Shown here piece after piece: positions 9,234 to 19,459 of a DNA stretch of 64,000 bases (positions are counted from its first letter, which is position 1; the number at the start of each line of letters is the position of its first letter). The stretch covers positions 190 to 64,189 of the forward strand of contig JACRKB010000032.1 in assembly GCA_016235545.1 (NCBI GenBank), read 5' to 3'. The DNA comes from Verrucomicrobiota bacterium. GTDB taxonomy: Bacteria > Verrucomicrobiota > Verrucomicrobiia > Limisphaerales > SXTU01. Position numbers and translations under genes: made by a program. The notes beneath the pieces are model-generated. The model was given only the letters and a program-made list of their open reading frames with translations, had not been told where the DNA came from and searched no databases.

Positions 9234-11003
9234 ATGTTGCACCTAAAACTTCAGACCAGTCTTCAGGCCGCCGTCCGCGCTGTGCTGCCGGATGCGGATG
9301 TCGCCAATGTTCTCGTGCGCCCGTGCCCGGATGCGCGGCACGGGGATTACCAGTCCAACGCCCTCATCGCGGTCGCCAAGCAGGGCAAGCTGAACCCCCG
9401 GCAACTTGCCGAGCAGGTGCAGGCGCGGCTCGATGTGACCGAGATATGCGATGCGGTGGAAATTTCCGGGCCGGGCTTCCTGAACTTCCGCGTGCGCCCT
9501 GCCGCGCTGGCCGGCGTGCTGCAAGCCGCCGCGCGCGGTGAACATCTCTTCTTCGCCAAGGCAGCGCAGCCGCGCACCGTGGTCATTGATTTCAGCTCGC
9601 CGAACGTCGCCAAGCCGATGCACGTCGGCCACATCCGCTCGACGGGCATTGGCGACTCTTTGCAGCGCGTCTTCCGCCTGCTCGGCCACCGCGTCATCAC
9701 GGACAATCACATCGGCGACTGGGGCACGCAGTTCGGCAAGCTGCTGCTGGGCTGGAAGCAAATCCTCGACCGCGACGCGCTGGCCGCCGACGCGATTGCC
9801 GAACTGGAACGGCTCTACAAGGTCATCAACGCAGAGTGCGACGCGACGCCCGCGCGGCTGGAGGAGGCGAAGCAGGAGCTGGTGAAACTCCAGGCTGGCG
9901 ACGCGGAGAACATCGCCGTGTGGCAGGAGATGATTCGCGTGTCGCAGGCGCAGTTCGACACGATTTACGGACGGCTCGGCGTGAAGTTCGACCACGCGCT
10001 GGGCGAGAGCTTTTACAATCCGCAGCTCGGCGCGGTGGTGAACGATTTGCTGGCGCGCGGCATCGCCCGCGAGAGCGAGGGTGCGGTGGGTGTGTTCAGC
10101 GATGGCTCGCTGCCGCCGAAGTCGGACCCGTTTCTCGTCAACCGCGACGGCGAGTGGAGTGCGGACCCGGCGCTCGTGCGCAAGAGCGACGGCGGCTTCA
10201 ACTACATGACCACCGATCTCGCGACGGTGGACTACCGGCTCAGGACGTGGTCGCCCGACGAGATTGTGTATGTGGTGGACGACAGGCAGGCGCCGCACTT
10301 CCGCAAGTTGTTCCTCACCTTCGCGCGCTGGCAGCCGGAGGCTGCGGCGAAGGTGAAACTGGTGCACGTGGGGTTCGGCAAGATTCTCGGCGAGGACGGC
10401 AAGCCGTTCAAAACGCGCAGCGGCGACACGGTGAAGCTCGGCGATTTGCTCGACGAGGCAGAGGCGCGGGCGTTGAAAGTCGTGACGGAGAAGAATCCTG
10501 ATTTGCCCGGCGCGGAGCGGAATGAGATTGCGCGCATCGTCGGCCTCGGCTCGGTGAAATACGCCGACCTGCTGCCCAACCGGCAGAGCGACTACCAGTT
10601 CAGTTGGGACAAGATGCTGGCGCTGCAAGGCAACACCGCGCCGTATCTGCTGTATGCCCACACACGGGTGCGGAGCATCCTGCGCAAGGGGGCGGAGCTT
10701 TCAGCGGTCAGCGGTCAGCAGCCAGCGGTCAGCTTGAACGCGCCGGATGAGATCGCGGTTGCGAAGCAGCTCTTGAACTTCGGCCTCGTGCTCGAGGCGG
10801 TCGCGGAGGAATACCGGCCCAACTTCCTGTGCAATTATCTCTACGATCTCGCGGGCCGTTTCGCGCGCTTCTACGAGAGCTGCCCGGTGCTCAAGGCCGA
10901 GGGAGCCGAGCGCGCCACGCGCCTGCTGCTGTGCGAGCTGACGGGCCGCGTGCTCAGGCAGGGATTGGAAGTGCTCGGCATCGAGACGACGGATCAGATG
11001 TGA
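9234..11003 (+). CDS. argS: Arginine--tRNA ligase
   Basis: GDYQSN, IDFSSPNVAKPMHVGHIRST (HIGH), DNHIGDWGTQFG, FKTRSG, GNTAPYLLYAHTR; start trimmed to ATG 9234. Confidence 0.97.
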   Translation: MLHLKLQTSLQAAVRAVLPDADVANVLVRPCPDARHGDYQSNALIAVAKQGKLNPRQLAEQVQARLDVTEICDAVEISGPGFLNFRVRPAALAGVLQAAARGEHLFFAKAAQPRTVVIDFSSPNVAKPMHVGHIRSTGIGDSLQRVFRLLGHRVITDNHIGDWGTQFGKLLLGWKQILDRDALAADAIAELERLYKVINAECDATPARLEEAKQELVKLQAGDAENIAVWQEMIRVSQAQFDTIYGRLGVKFDHALGESFYNPQLGAVVNDLLARGIARESEGAVGVFSDGSLPPKSDPFLVNRDGEWSADPALVRKSDGGFNYMTTDLATVDYRLRTWSPDEIVYVVDDRQAPHFRKLFLTFARWQPEAAAKVKLVHVGFGKILGEDGKPFKTRSGDTVKLGDLLDEAEARALKVVTEKNPDLPGAERNEIARIVGLGSVKYADLLPNRQSDYQFSWDKMLALQGNTAPYLLYAHTRVRSILRKGAELSAVSGQQPAVSLNAPDEIAVAKQLLNFGLVLEAVAEEYRPNFLCNYLYDLAGRFARFYESCPVLKAEGAERATRLLLCELTGRVLRQGLEVLGIETTDQM

Positions 11004-11079
11004 GCGGCTTTCAGCGCGGGCAGGGCCGCCGCGCCGTCGCTCACGTGTTCCGCATCGGGCGCGAGTCAGCTTTTGAACG

Positions 11080-11275
11080 GTCGCGTAGCGACCCCCTGAT
11101 GGTAGCCGTGGGTTTCAAACCACGGATCGGCGTCCGATAGTCATGCGTCGCGTAGCGACGCCGGAACGCCGGCCACGAAAGTGTGTGGAAGGCGGGTGGT
11201 TCAAGCGTCGCTACGCGACGCGGGTTGTCGTTGGCCCGAACCGCGGGTTGAAACCCACGGCTACCTTCAAACTCT
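11080..11275. repeat. Composite REP-like element
   Basis: GGTAGCCGTGGGTTTCAAACCACGG ... CCGCGGGTTGAAACCCACGGCTACC outer inverted pair enclosing GCGTCGCGTAGCGACGC / GCGTCGCTACGCGACGC palindromes. Confidence 0.75.
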
Positions 11276-11389
11276 CGCTCCTGCTCAAATCATGATTTGC
11301 GACCTTCCGCATCGAATGGCGTAGTTTCGGATTGCGTCGCAAATGGCATTCCGGCATTTAACTCGGCAGCACCAAGCAAGGGATACTTC

Positions 11390-12094
11390 ATGGGCGAGCA
11401 AGCAGAAGTCGGTTACAAAATCTGGGCAACGGACGATGTCGTCTATGGCCCGGTGGATATGCCAACGCTTGTGGAGTGGGTGAAGGACGAGCGCGTGGTG
11501 ACCGACACCTGGGTCTTCGTGTGTCACGATAACAAATGGAGCGAGGCCGGCAAAATGTCCGAGCTGCGCTCCGTCTTCAACGCGGTCCTGCCCGGCAGCG
11601 TCCCTGTCAGCCACACCCCGCTCGTCGCGGGCATCAAGCCGGGCGCGCTGCGGCGCGTGAAAATCCTCGGCGAGATGACCGACCAGCAGCTCGGGCGCTT
11701 CGCGCAGTTCATGGAGGTGGAGAACGCCCGGCAGTTTCACACCATCGTGACGCAGGGCGCCGTCGGCGACGCGATGTATCTCATCCTCGAGGGCGAGCTG
11801 CGCGTGCGGCAGTTGGTGGGCGGCAAGGAAACCGTCCTGGTCACGCTCAACGCCGGCGAGTTCTTCGGCGACATCTCCCTCTTCGACCACGGACCGCGCT
11901 CGGCGGACGTGGTGGCGAACAACCCCTCCGTGCTGCTCAAGGTTTCCGCCACCAACTTCCTGCGGCTCGTGCAGGAGGCACCTGAGCTGGCCACGCCGTT
12001 CCTCGTCGCCGTCTGCAAGACCCTCACCGCCCGCATCCGCGCGGACAACAAGCGCCTGCGTGACTCGATCAACATCGGGCGCGCGGCTCGTTGA
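11390..12094 (+). CDS. Cyclic-nucleotide-binding domain protein with N-terminal GYF_2-like domain
   Basis: VYGPVDMPTLVEWV...DTWVF N-terminus; QGAVGDAMYLILEGEL, GEFFGDISLFDHGPRSADV cNMP motif; no C-terminal HTH. Confidence 0.85.
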   Translation: MGEQAEVGYKIWATDDVVYGPVDMPTLVEWVKDERVVTDTWVFVCHDNKWSEAGKMSELRSVFNAVLPGSVPVSHTPLVAGIKPGALRRVKILGEMTDQQLGRFAQFMEVENARQFHTIVTQGAVGDAMYLILEGELRVRQLVGGKETVLVTLNAGEFFGDISLFDHGPRSADVVANNPSVLLKVSATNFLRLVQEAPELATPFLVAVCKTLTARIRADNKRLRDSINIGRAAR

Positions 12095-12171
12095 GCGGGC
12101 GCGGCGGGCACGCCCCACCCCATCACGCGCGAGGCTTGTGCGCTCCTGCTGATTCCGCAAAACTGCGCGCC

Positions 12172-13200
12172 ATGAACCGCCGCAACTTCCTGCAAGCCGC
12201 CGCCGTTTCCACCGCTGTCCTGCCCGCGCTCGGGGCCGAGCCGCGCCGCATCCGCATCGGCTTCCTCGGGTGCGGCCACTCGCATGGGATTTCAAAGGTG
12301 AAGCTCGCCCTGACCTCGCCCGACTGGGAGTGCGTCGGCATCTTCGAGCCGGACCCGAAGCCCCGCACGGCTGCGGAGAAACTGGGGGCCAAGGCGCTTT
12401 CGCAGGAACAAGTCCTCGCAGCCAGCGAGGTCATCGCCGTGGAGTGCGAGGCGAAGGACCGTTATCAAATGGCGAGAGCCGCACTGCTCGCCGGCAAGCA
12501 CGTCCACATCGAGAAGCCCCCGAGCGTGACGCTCGCGGAGTTCCGCGAGCTGCTCGGGCTTGCACAAGACAGGAATGTGCTGATGCAGATGGGCTACATG
12601 TGGCGCTTCAATCCCGGCATCAACGCCGCTCTCGAAGCCGCGCGGAAAGGCTGGCTCGGCGATGTGTATCTCGTGCGCGGCGTCATCAACACGAACATCT
12701 CCGGCGAGTCGCGCCGCTCCTTCGGCGAGATCGCCGGCGGCACGATGTATGAGCTGGGCTGCCATCTCGTTGACCCGCTCGTGCGACTGCTGGGCAAGCA
12801 CGCGAAGGTCACGCCCATCCTGCGCCACGACGCGAAGGACGCCGACCATCTCGCCGACAACTGCGTTGCCGTCTTCGACTTCAAGCACGCCCTCGGCATC
12901 ATCAGCAGCGCGACGATGCAGCCCACTGCCGGGGCACACCGGACGTTTGAGATTCAGGGGACAAACGGCGTCGCCATCGTGCGGCCGCTGGAGCAGCCGG
13001 TGTTGACCGTGGACCTCGCGAAGGAGGCCGGGCCATACAAGAAAGGCTCGCAGGTCATCAGCTTCCCACGCTACGAGCGCTACGCGCCGGAGTTTGCCGA
13101 ACTGGCCGCGTGCGTGCGCACCGGCAAGCCTCTGGGCGTCACGCCGGAGGAGGACGCACTGGTGCAGGAAGCTTTGCTGAAGGCCAGCGGAATGCACTGA
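12172..13200 (+). CDS. Gfo/Idh/MocA family oxidoreductase, Tat-exported
   Basis: MNRRNFLQ twin-arginine signal, IGFLGCGH, GKHVHIEKPP, YELGCHLVD. Confidence 0.9.
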   Translation: MNRRNFLQAAAVSTAVLPALGAEPRRIRIGFLGCGHSHGISKVKLALTSPDWECVGIFEPDPKPRTAAEKLGAKALSQEQVLAASEVIAVECEAKDRYQMARAALLAGKHVHIEKPPSVTLAEFRELLGLAQDRNVLMQMGYMWRFNPGINAALEAARKGWLGDVYLVRGVINTNISGESRRSFGEIAGGTMYELGCHLVDPLVRLLGKHAKVTPILRHDAKDADHLADNCVAVFDFKHALGIISSATMQPTAGAHRTFEIQGTNGVAIVRPLEQPVLTVDLAKEAGPYKKGSQVISFPRYERYAPEFAELAACVRTGKPLGVTPEEDALVQEALLKASGMH

Positions 13201-13301
13201 AGCGGGAGCAGCCGTGAGGGAGGACACTCTTGTCCCCCTGCCCTGATGGGTGAAACCAGAACTCGGGGACAGAAGTGTTCACTGAATTTCCAAAACAGCG
13301 C

Positions 13302-13329
13302 TTGCCAAGCCGCGCATCGTTTGTATTCT
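13302..13329 (+). promoter_or_regulatory. Putative sigma70 promoter for rpmE
   Basis: TTGCCA-N16-TATTCT ending 14 nt before the ATG. Confidence 0.4.
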
Positions 13330-13343
13330 GCGCGCCCTTTGAC

Positions 13344-13598
13344 ATGAAAACGGACATCCATCCGAAATACGAAGCCGCCGAGTTCCGTTGCGCCTGTGGC
13401 AACGTGATTGCCACCCGCTCCACCCGCAAGGCTGTCCTTCTGGGCATCTGCAACGTCTGCCACCCGTTTTACACGGGCCAGCAGAAGTTTGTCGATACCG
13501 CTGGACGCGTGGATAAATTCCAGCAGCGCGCCGCCAAGACTCAGGCCGCCCAGCTTGCGGTGGCCGATGCGGCTGCCGCCAAGAAAAAGAAGAAGTAG
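13344..13598 (+). CDS. rpmE: 50S ribosomal protein L31 (zinc-binding type)
   Basis: MKTDIHPKY...CACGN...[24 protein letters not shown]. Confidence 0.97.
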   Translation: MKTDIHPKYEAAEFRCACGNVIATRSTRKAVLLGICNVCHPFYTGQQKFVDTAGRVDKFQQRAAKTQAAQLAVADAAAAKKKKK

Positions 13599-13612
13599 CT
13601 TTCCGCCACGCC

Positions 13613-13653
13613 ATCGCCCGCCAGGTTCACGCCCGGCGGGCGATTGCTTTTCT
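13613..13653 (+). terminator. Intrinsic terminator after rpmE
   Basis: ATCGCCCGCC / GGCGGGCGAT stem followed by TGCTTTTCTT. Confidence 0.6.
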
Positions 13654-13752
13654 TGCGCCGGGTTGACAATTGAGAGTTCAAAGCTGCGCTCTCAGCACCA
13701 CCTCCGCCCCTCAACTTTCAAGTCCCCTCTCTGAGCTTCCTCTCAATCTCAC

Positions 13753-14832
13753 ATGGAACTCCGCCCTCATATCGAGAAGTTCAACCGCCGCTTCGCGGAG
13801 GTCGAGGCTGCGTTGAGTGATCCCAAAGTCTTCGACATCCCGGCCCGCGCGCAGGATCTGGGGCGGGAATACGCGAGGCTCAAGGGCCTCGTCGCCACTG
13901 GCGCAGTGTATCTCAAGGCGCTGCGCGACCTCGATGAGAACCGCGCGCTGCTCGCCGCCGAGCCGCCCGACTCCGAGCTTGCTCTCATGGCCAAGGAGGA
14001 AGTCGCGCGGCTCGAAACGGAAGTCCAGCGTCTTGTCCTGGATGTCCAGCGCGGTGTCCTGCCGCCTGACCCGACTGATTCGCGCAACACCATCGTCGAA
14101 ATCCGCGCGGGCGCGGGCGGTGCCGAGTCCGCGCTCTTCGCCGCCGACCTCTACCGGATGTTCACGCGCTACGCCGAGACGCAAGGTTGGAAGATCGATC
14201 CGATGGATTCCAGCCCGTCGGACTTGGGAGGAATGAGGGATGTCACCTTCGGAGTCATCGGGCAGGATGTCTACAAGCGGCTCAAATACGAGAGCGGCGT
14301 CCACCGAGTCCAGCGCGTGCCCGCCACCGAGGCGCAGGGGCGCATCCATACCAGCACCTGCACCGTAGCCGTGCTGCCGGAGGCCGAGGAGGTGGACATT
14401 GAGATTCGCCCCGAGGATCTCGAAATCCAGGTCTGCCGCGCGGGCGGGCACGGCGGGCAGGGCGTGAACACCACTGACTCCGCTGTCCGCATCTTTCACA
14501 AGCCCTCCGGCACGGAGGTCCGGTGCCAGGACGAGCGTTCACAGCACAAGAACAAGGCCAAGGCGATGAAGGTGCTCCGCTCACGCCTGCTGGACCGAAA
14601 GATCGCCGATGAGAAGGCCAAGTATGAGGCGCAGCGCAGCTCGCAGGTCGGCACCGGCGAGCGCAGTGAGAAAATCCGCACCTATAACTTCCCTCAGAAC
14701 CGCGTGACCGACCACCGGATCGAGCTGACGCTCTACAACCTTGCCAACGTCATCGAGGGGGACCTCGACGGCATCATCGAGCCGCTGATGAATCACGATT
14801 TGGACCAGAGGCTCGCGGCGCTGCCGACGTGA
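13753..14832 (+). CDS. prfA: Peptide chain release factor 1
   Basis: EIRAGAGG, YESGVHRVQRVPATE (PxT codon-recognition motif of RF1), GGQ, RTYNFPQNRVTDHRI. Confidence 0.97.
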   Translation: MELRPHIEKFNRRFAEVEAALSDPKVFDIPARAQDLGREYARLKGLVATGAVYLKALRDLDENRALLAAEPPDSELALMAKEEVARLETEVQRLVLDVQRGVLPPDPTDSRNTIVEIRAGAGGAESALFAADLYRMFTRYAETQGWKIDPMDSSPSDLGGMRDVTFGVIGQDVYKRLKYESGVHRVQRVPATEAQGRIHTSTCTVAVLPEAEEVDIEIRPEDLEIQVCRAGGHGGQGVNTTDSAVRIFHKPSGTEVRCQDERSQHKNKAKAMKVLRSRLLDRKIADEKAKYEAQRSSQVGTGERSEKIRTYNFPQNRVTDHRIELTLYNLANVIEGDLDGIIEPLMNHDLDQRLAALPT

Positions 14833-14907
14833 GCCACTCTGGTCCAAAGTGAGGACTGGATGGCCGGACGCCGACTTTGGACTTTGAACCTTTGGACTCC
14901 CTTTCCC

Positions 14908-15504
14908 ATGATTAAGGCGCTCATCTTCGATTGCGACGGAACGCTCGCCGACACCATGCCGCTGCACTGGCACGCGTGGCAGGTCATCGCGCAGCGGCAC
15001 GGCATCCACTTCACCGAGGAACGCTTCTATTCGCTGGGCGGCGTGCCCTCGCGGGACATTCTCAAGATGCTGCGCGAGGAGCAGGGGTTGAACTACGACC
15101 ATCACGAGGTCTCGGTCGAGAAGGAGCACGCGTTCCTGCCCTTCATCCCGGCCGTGCAGCCGATTCACGAGGTCGTCGCCATCGCGCGCGAGCATCACGG
15201 CAGGCTGCCGATGGCCGTGGCAAGCGGCGGGAGGAAGCGCGTGGTGGAGGAAGTCCTCCTGCATCTGGGGATCCGCCACTGGTTTGCCGCCGTGGTCACG
15301 AGCGAGGACGTGACGCGGCAGAAGCCGGAGCCGGACATTTTCCTGGAAGCCGCGCGCCTGCTGGGGGTGGAGCCGCAGTTCTGCCGGGGTTTCGAGGACA
15401 CGGATCTGGGGATGACTTCCATTCGCTCGGCAGGAATGGACGCGGTGGATGTGCGGGCCTTCGCCAGCCCGCCGGCTCAGACGCGCTTTCCCTCCTCCTC
15501 GTAA
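14908..15504 (+). CDS. HAD-superfamily phosphatase (YqaB/beta-PGM-like)
   Basis: IFDCDGTLADT motif I, VASGG, KPEPDIFL, FEDTDLG. Confidence 0.9.
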   Translation: MIKALIFDCDGTLADTMPLHWHAWQVIAQRHGIHFTEERFYSLGGVPSRDILKMLREEQGLNYDHHEVSVEKEHAFLPFIPAVQPIHEVVAIAREHHGRLPMAVASGGRKRVVEEVLLHLGIRHWFAAVVTSEDVTRQKPEPDIFLEAARLLGVEPQFCRGFEDTDLGMTSIRSAGMDAVDVRAFASPPAQTRFPSSS

Positions 15505-15621
15505 TTCTGATCCTAATCCTGTTCCTCCCTTCCGAACCCAGCGGCAGAGCAGGATTAGGATTACGAGCAGGAAGGAAGGGTTCGTTCGTGTCTCAATGAA
15601 CCCGCCTCCGAACCTCGGCGG

Positions 15622-17064
15622 CTACACGAGCGGGAAGAGCTTCGCCAGCAGCATCACCACGCCGAGGCCGACCACGCCCATCATGCTCAACATCACGGTG
15701 AACGTGCTGAGGCATTCCTTCTCGGTGAAGCCGCTCACCTTGCAAATCACCCAGAAGCCGCTGTCGTTCATCCACGGTCCCATCTTCGAGCCGCAGCCTA
15801 TCGCCAGCGCCACCCAGACGGGATGGAAGCCCAGCAGTTCCGGCTTGGCCATGCCGCCGAGCATGCCCACTGCCGTGACCATCGCCACGGTGGCGGAGCC
15901 TTGCGCGATGCGCACCACAGCCGTAACCGCCCACGCCAGCGGCAGGATGCCGATGCTGTGGGTCGCCGACAATTCCTGGAGGCGCGGGCCGATGCCGGTC
16001 TGCTGGAGGACGCCGCCAAACGCGCCGCCCGCCGCGATGATGAGAATGATCAAGCCCGCCTCTTCCAACGCCACACCCACGCCCTTGTCCAGCACTTCGC
16101 CGGCCTTCTTCCCCTGCATCACCACGGTGCCCAGCGCGATAAGCGCCGCGATGCCCAGCGCGGTGGTCGAGTCGCCCAGCACGCGGATCACGTCCATCAC
16201 CGCCGGACACGAGGCAAAGAGGTTCGCGTAAAATTCCGCCCCGCGCGCCGTCTCCAGTGGAGTGGCCGCGCTGATGAGCAGCACCGGCAGGAGGATCGGC
16301 ATCACCGCGAGCCAAAAAGGTGGGAGAAGTTTCTCGTCCCGGTTCATCAATGTCTCCACATCGGTGAGCGATGACTTGGCGGTGTCGCGCAGCGGGATGT
16401 CCAGCCGGCGGTTGATCCAGCGCGCATAGAGCCAGCCCGAGGTGGCGGTGATGGCGCCCACCACGCATCCGGCGAGGATCATCAGGCCCATGTCCACGTT
16501 CAGCTCCTTGGCCACGAAGAGCGGCCCCGGCGTCGGTGGCACGAGGGAGTGCGTCATCGTCGCGCCCGCGATGATGCACAAGACATAGAGCGTGTAGTCC
16601 CGTCCCGTGCGCATCCGCATCGCCTTGCCCAGGGGAATCAACAGCAGGAAGACCGTCTCGAAGAAGACCGGGATGCCGAGCAGGAAGCCGCTGGAGATCA
16701 ACGCCAGCGGCGTGCGCTGCTCGCCCAGGACACGCAGGGTGGAGCGCACGATGCGGTCCGCGCCGCCGCTGTCCAGAATGCATTTCCCAACGATGGAGGC
16801 GAACGCGATCAGCACTCCGATGCGCCCCGCCGTGGCCCCGAACTCGCGGGTGACGCGCTCGATCACGGGCTGGCCAGCCAGCTTCTGGGCGGCCTCGGGT
16901 GTCAGTTTCTTGCTCAGCCCATGCTGGACAACGGCCGCAGCCGGCGTGAGCGCGGCCACGACGAGCGCGCCAAGCACGAGCGCGAGAAACGCGTGCAGGC
17001 GCAGCGCGAGAATGCCGCCGAGCACCACAACCATGCCGAGCAGAAATATCCAGAGCGGGTCCAT
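15622..17064 (-). CDS. GntP family (gluconate:H+ symporter-like) permease
   Basis: LRLHAFLAL, SGGADRI, GIPVFFE, THSLVPPTPGP, RIAQGSATVA, MNDSGFW. Confidence 0.92.
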   Translation of the reverse strand: MDPLWIFLLGMVVVLGGILALRLHAFLALVLGALVVAALTPAAAVVQHGLSKKLTPEAAQKLAGQPVIERVTREFGATAGRIGVLIAFASIVGKCILDSGGADRIVRSTLRVLGEQRTPLALISSGFLLGIPVFFETVFLLLIPLGKAMRMRTGRDYTLYVLCIIAGATMTHSLVPPTPGPLFVAKELNVDMGLMILAGCVVGAITATSGWLYARWINRRLDIPLRDTAKSSLTDVETLMNRDEKLLPPFWLAVMPILLPVLLISAATPLETARGAEFYANLFASCPAVMDVIRVLGDSTTALGIAALIALGTVVMQGKKAGEVLDKGVGVALEEAGLIILIIAAGGAFGGVLQQTGIGPRLQELSATHSIGILPLAWAVTAVVRIAQGSATVAMVTAVGMLGGMAKPELLGFHPVWVALAIGCGSKMGPWMNDSGFWVICKVSGFTEKECLSTFTVMLSMMGVVGLGVVMLLAKLFPLV

Positions 17065-17134
17065 AACGAAGTCAGCAAACCGGGTGACGCGCGAAGTGTT
17101 CCGATGGGGGAGGGATGTGTCGAGGCGGGAGTGA

Positions 17135-17528
17135 GAAGCCAGAAGTCAGAAGTCAGGATGGGGGAGACGCAAGTTGGTTCTCCGCTGTTTTCGGTGGAAT
17201 GAAAGCCAGCGGGCGGCGGCACTTCTCCCGGAGGGAGCTTGAAGCTTCGCCGGAGGATGAAGTGGAAGCTGGCGTTGCCCTTCAACGCAGAGACGCAGAG
17301 GACGCGAAGGAACGCAGAGGGTTTCAACACCAGCAGGGTTCAGCTTTTCGTGCCTTCGCCCAGCCCTTCTCTGCGCAACTCTGCGTCCTCTGCGTCTCTA
17401 CGTTGAAGGGAAACGCCCTCATGCAAGGGCATCGTTGTGGCTGATAACCCCGCAATCCATTCCACCGAAAACAGCGGGGAACCCGCAAGTTCGGCACTGC
17501 TGCCTTCTGGCTCCTGGCTTCTGGCTTC
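17135..17528. repeat. Triple-nested inverted-repeat element
   Basis: Arms 17135-17158/17505-17528 (heptamers, 4 mismatches in 24), 17177-17201/17458-17482 (1 in 25), 17271-17305/17383-17417 (2 in 35). Confidence 0.9.
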
Positions 17529-17536
17529 AAGGGGCC

Positions 17537-19459
17537 TCACTGATTCGTGAACAGCTCCCAGTCTCCCACTTGTGCGAGGAGGCGCAGCGGCTTGCCACGC
17601 GCGAGCGGACGGGAGCTGGTGAAGGAGCCCTTGAACCCCACCACCAGCACGCGCCGCTGGCCGGCGAGCAGGTTGCTGAAGATGGAGTCGTCCTTGAGCA
17701 CGCGGTCGCCGAAGCGGGCACGGTTGCCGGGAAACTCGAAGGGCATCCGGTGCTCTGGCAGGCCGGACAGCCAGGGCCGCCGCTCCGCGCTGATGACCGG
17801 GTGCGCGTAGAAGGGCAGCCCTTGCGGGATGCGGTGGCGCACGATGATCATGTCGCCCTCGCGGAACTCGCGCTTCAGGGCAAGACCCAGCGGCTTGAGC
17901 GTCTGGTTGCTGCGCAGGTCCGCCTCCACCAGCGGCGTGAGCGCCACCACGGCCAGGAGCGCAAGCGTGGCCAGTCCGCATGCCCAGCGGGTGCAAAGCG
18001 TCACCGACCATTTGCGGCTCTCCCACACGACGGCCCCGAGCAACATCGTGGCGGCGAGCGGTGTGACCTTCACCCACAGATGATCGTGGACTTTGAAGAC
18101 GAACCAGCACGCGATGGGAAAGGCAATGAGCGGGAGCAGCGCGGCGGCAGGAAGCGCACGCCACAGCCAAGCTTGCGGGCCGGCCTCCGACTTGGCGTGT
18201 GGCGGCACAGTCGATGAACCTGCCGGGTCGTGTGCCGGCGCTCCGAAGACGGCTGGCCAACGCAGCGCCACCAGTGCGGCGAGTGCGGGAAACATCGGCA
18301 GGATGTAGTGCATCAGCTTGGCGCTGTTGACCGAGAAGAGCACGAAGGTGAAGCCCGCCCAGACGCTCAACACCAGCCATGCCTCTTGCGTGCGCGCGTC
18401 CATCGACCGCCAGTGCGCGCGCCGCCAGAGCCAGCCCAGCAGCAGCGTCCACGGCAGGAATCCGACGGCGAGCACGGGCAGGAAAAACCAGAAGGGCTGC
18501 GCGCGGTTCTTCACCGCCGCCTGCACCGCGTGGCCGACGATCTGCCCCTTGACCATGAACTCGAACGAGTTCGGCACAGTTTCCCAGACCATCAGGAACC
18601 ACGGCAAGGCAAGCGCCACAAAGAGCGTCACGCCCGCGAGCGTTCCAAACAGCAAGATGCTCAAACGCGCGTCCGCAGTTCCGCTCCGCCACCAGAGCAA
18701 CCCGCCGAACGGGACAAGTGTGAAATCTTCGGCCCCGGATTTTGGGATGCGCTTGCAACGCCACCAAAGGAGCGCGCCAAAGGCGACGAGCGGAATCACC
18801 AAAGCAATCGGTCCCTTCGTCAGCGCACCGCCCGCCATCGCAGCCCACGCCGCAAGCTGCCAGCCGAAACTCCTTCGCGCTGCCAGCCCCTGAGCATCCG
18901 CCGCCGGATCCTCCTCGCCTGACTCCTGACTACCGCCCGCTGACTGCTGACCGCTGACCGCTGACTGCTCCTCGATTCCGTCGAGGCTCCGCCAGCTCTG
19001 CCAGAAAAAGTAAATTGCCCACGCGATGAACTGCGTGAGGAAGATGTCCGTCGTCAGCATCCGCGCCATCACCCAGTAGAGGGTGGACGTGCTGAGGAGG
19101 AGCACGGCCCAACGCGCCGCAGCCGCGCCCGCGATCGAGCGAATGAGGAGGAAGGTGGCCCACGCCGCGCTGAGGCCCGCGAGCGCCAGCGGCAGGCGCA
19201 CGGCCCATTCGTTCACGCCGAAGACGGAGAGCGACGCGGCGACGGCCCAGTAGGTGAATGGCGGCTTGTCGAGGTGCGGCACATACCAGATGTGCGGCAC
19301 GAGCCAGTTGCCAGTCTCGACCATCTCGCGGGCGATCTCGGCGTAGCGGCCCTCGTCCGGCTCGTTCAGCGAGCGAGTGCCGAGCAGGCCGAGGAAGAGC
19401 AGGAGCACGAATGGCAGAAACCACCAAGGCGGGCGTTGGTCGGAATCGGCTTGCGGCAC
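17537..19459 (-). CDS. ArnT/PMT-like (GT83/GT39) lipid-carrier-dependent glycosyltransferase
   Basis: PDEGRYAEIAREM, DKPPFTYW, LTKGPIAL, KLMHYILP; many transmembrane helices. Confidence 0.9.
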   Translation of the reverse strand: MPQADSDQRPPWWFLPFVLLLFLGLLGTRSLNEPDEGRYAEIAREMVETGNWLVPHIWYVPHLDKPPFTYWAVAASLSVFGVNEWAVRLPLALAGLSAAWATFLLIRSIAGAAAARWAVLLLSTSTLYWVMARMLTTDIFLTQFIAWAIYFFWQSWRSLDGIEEQSAVSGQQSAGGSQESGEEDPAADAQGLAARRSFGWQLAAWAAMAGGALTKGPIALVIPLVAFGALLWWRCKRIPKSGAEDFTLVPFGGLLWWRSGTADARLSILLFGTLAGVTLFVALALPWFLMVWETVPNSFEFMVKGQIVGHAVQAAVKNRAQPFWFFLPVLAVGFLPWTLLLGWLWRRAHWRSMDARTQEAWLVLSVWAGFTFVLFSVNSAKLMHYILPMFPALAALVALRWPAVFGAPAHDPAGSSTVPPHAKSEAGPQAWLWRALPAAALLPLIAFPIACWFVFKVHDHLWVKVTPLAATMLLGAVVWESRKWSVTLCTRWACGLATLALLAVVALTPLVEADLRSNQTLKPLGLALKREFREGDMIIVRHRIPQGLPFYAHPVISAERRPWLSGLPEHRMPFEFPGNRARFGDRVLKDDSIFSNLLAGQRRVLVVGFKGSFTSSRPLARGKPLRLLAQVGDWELFTNQ

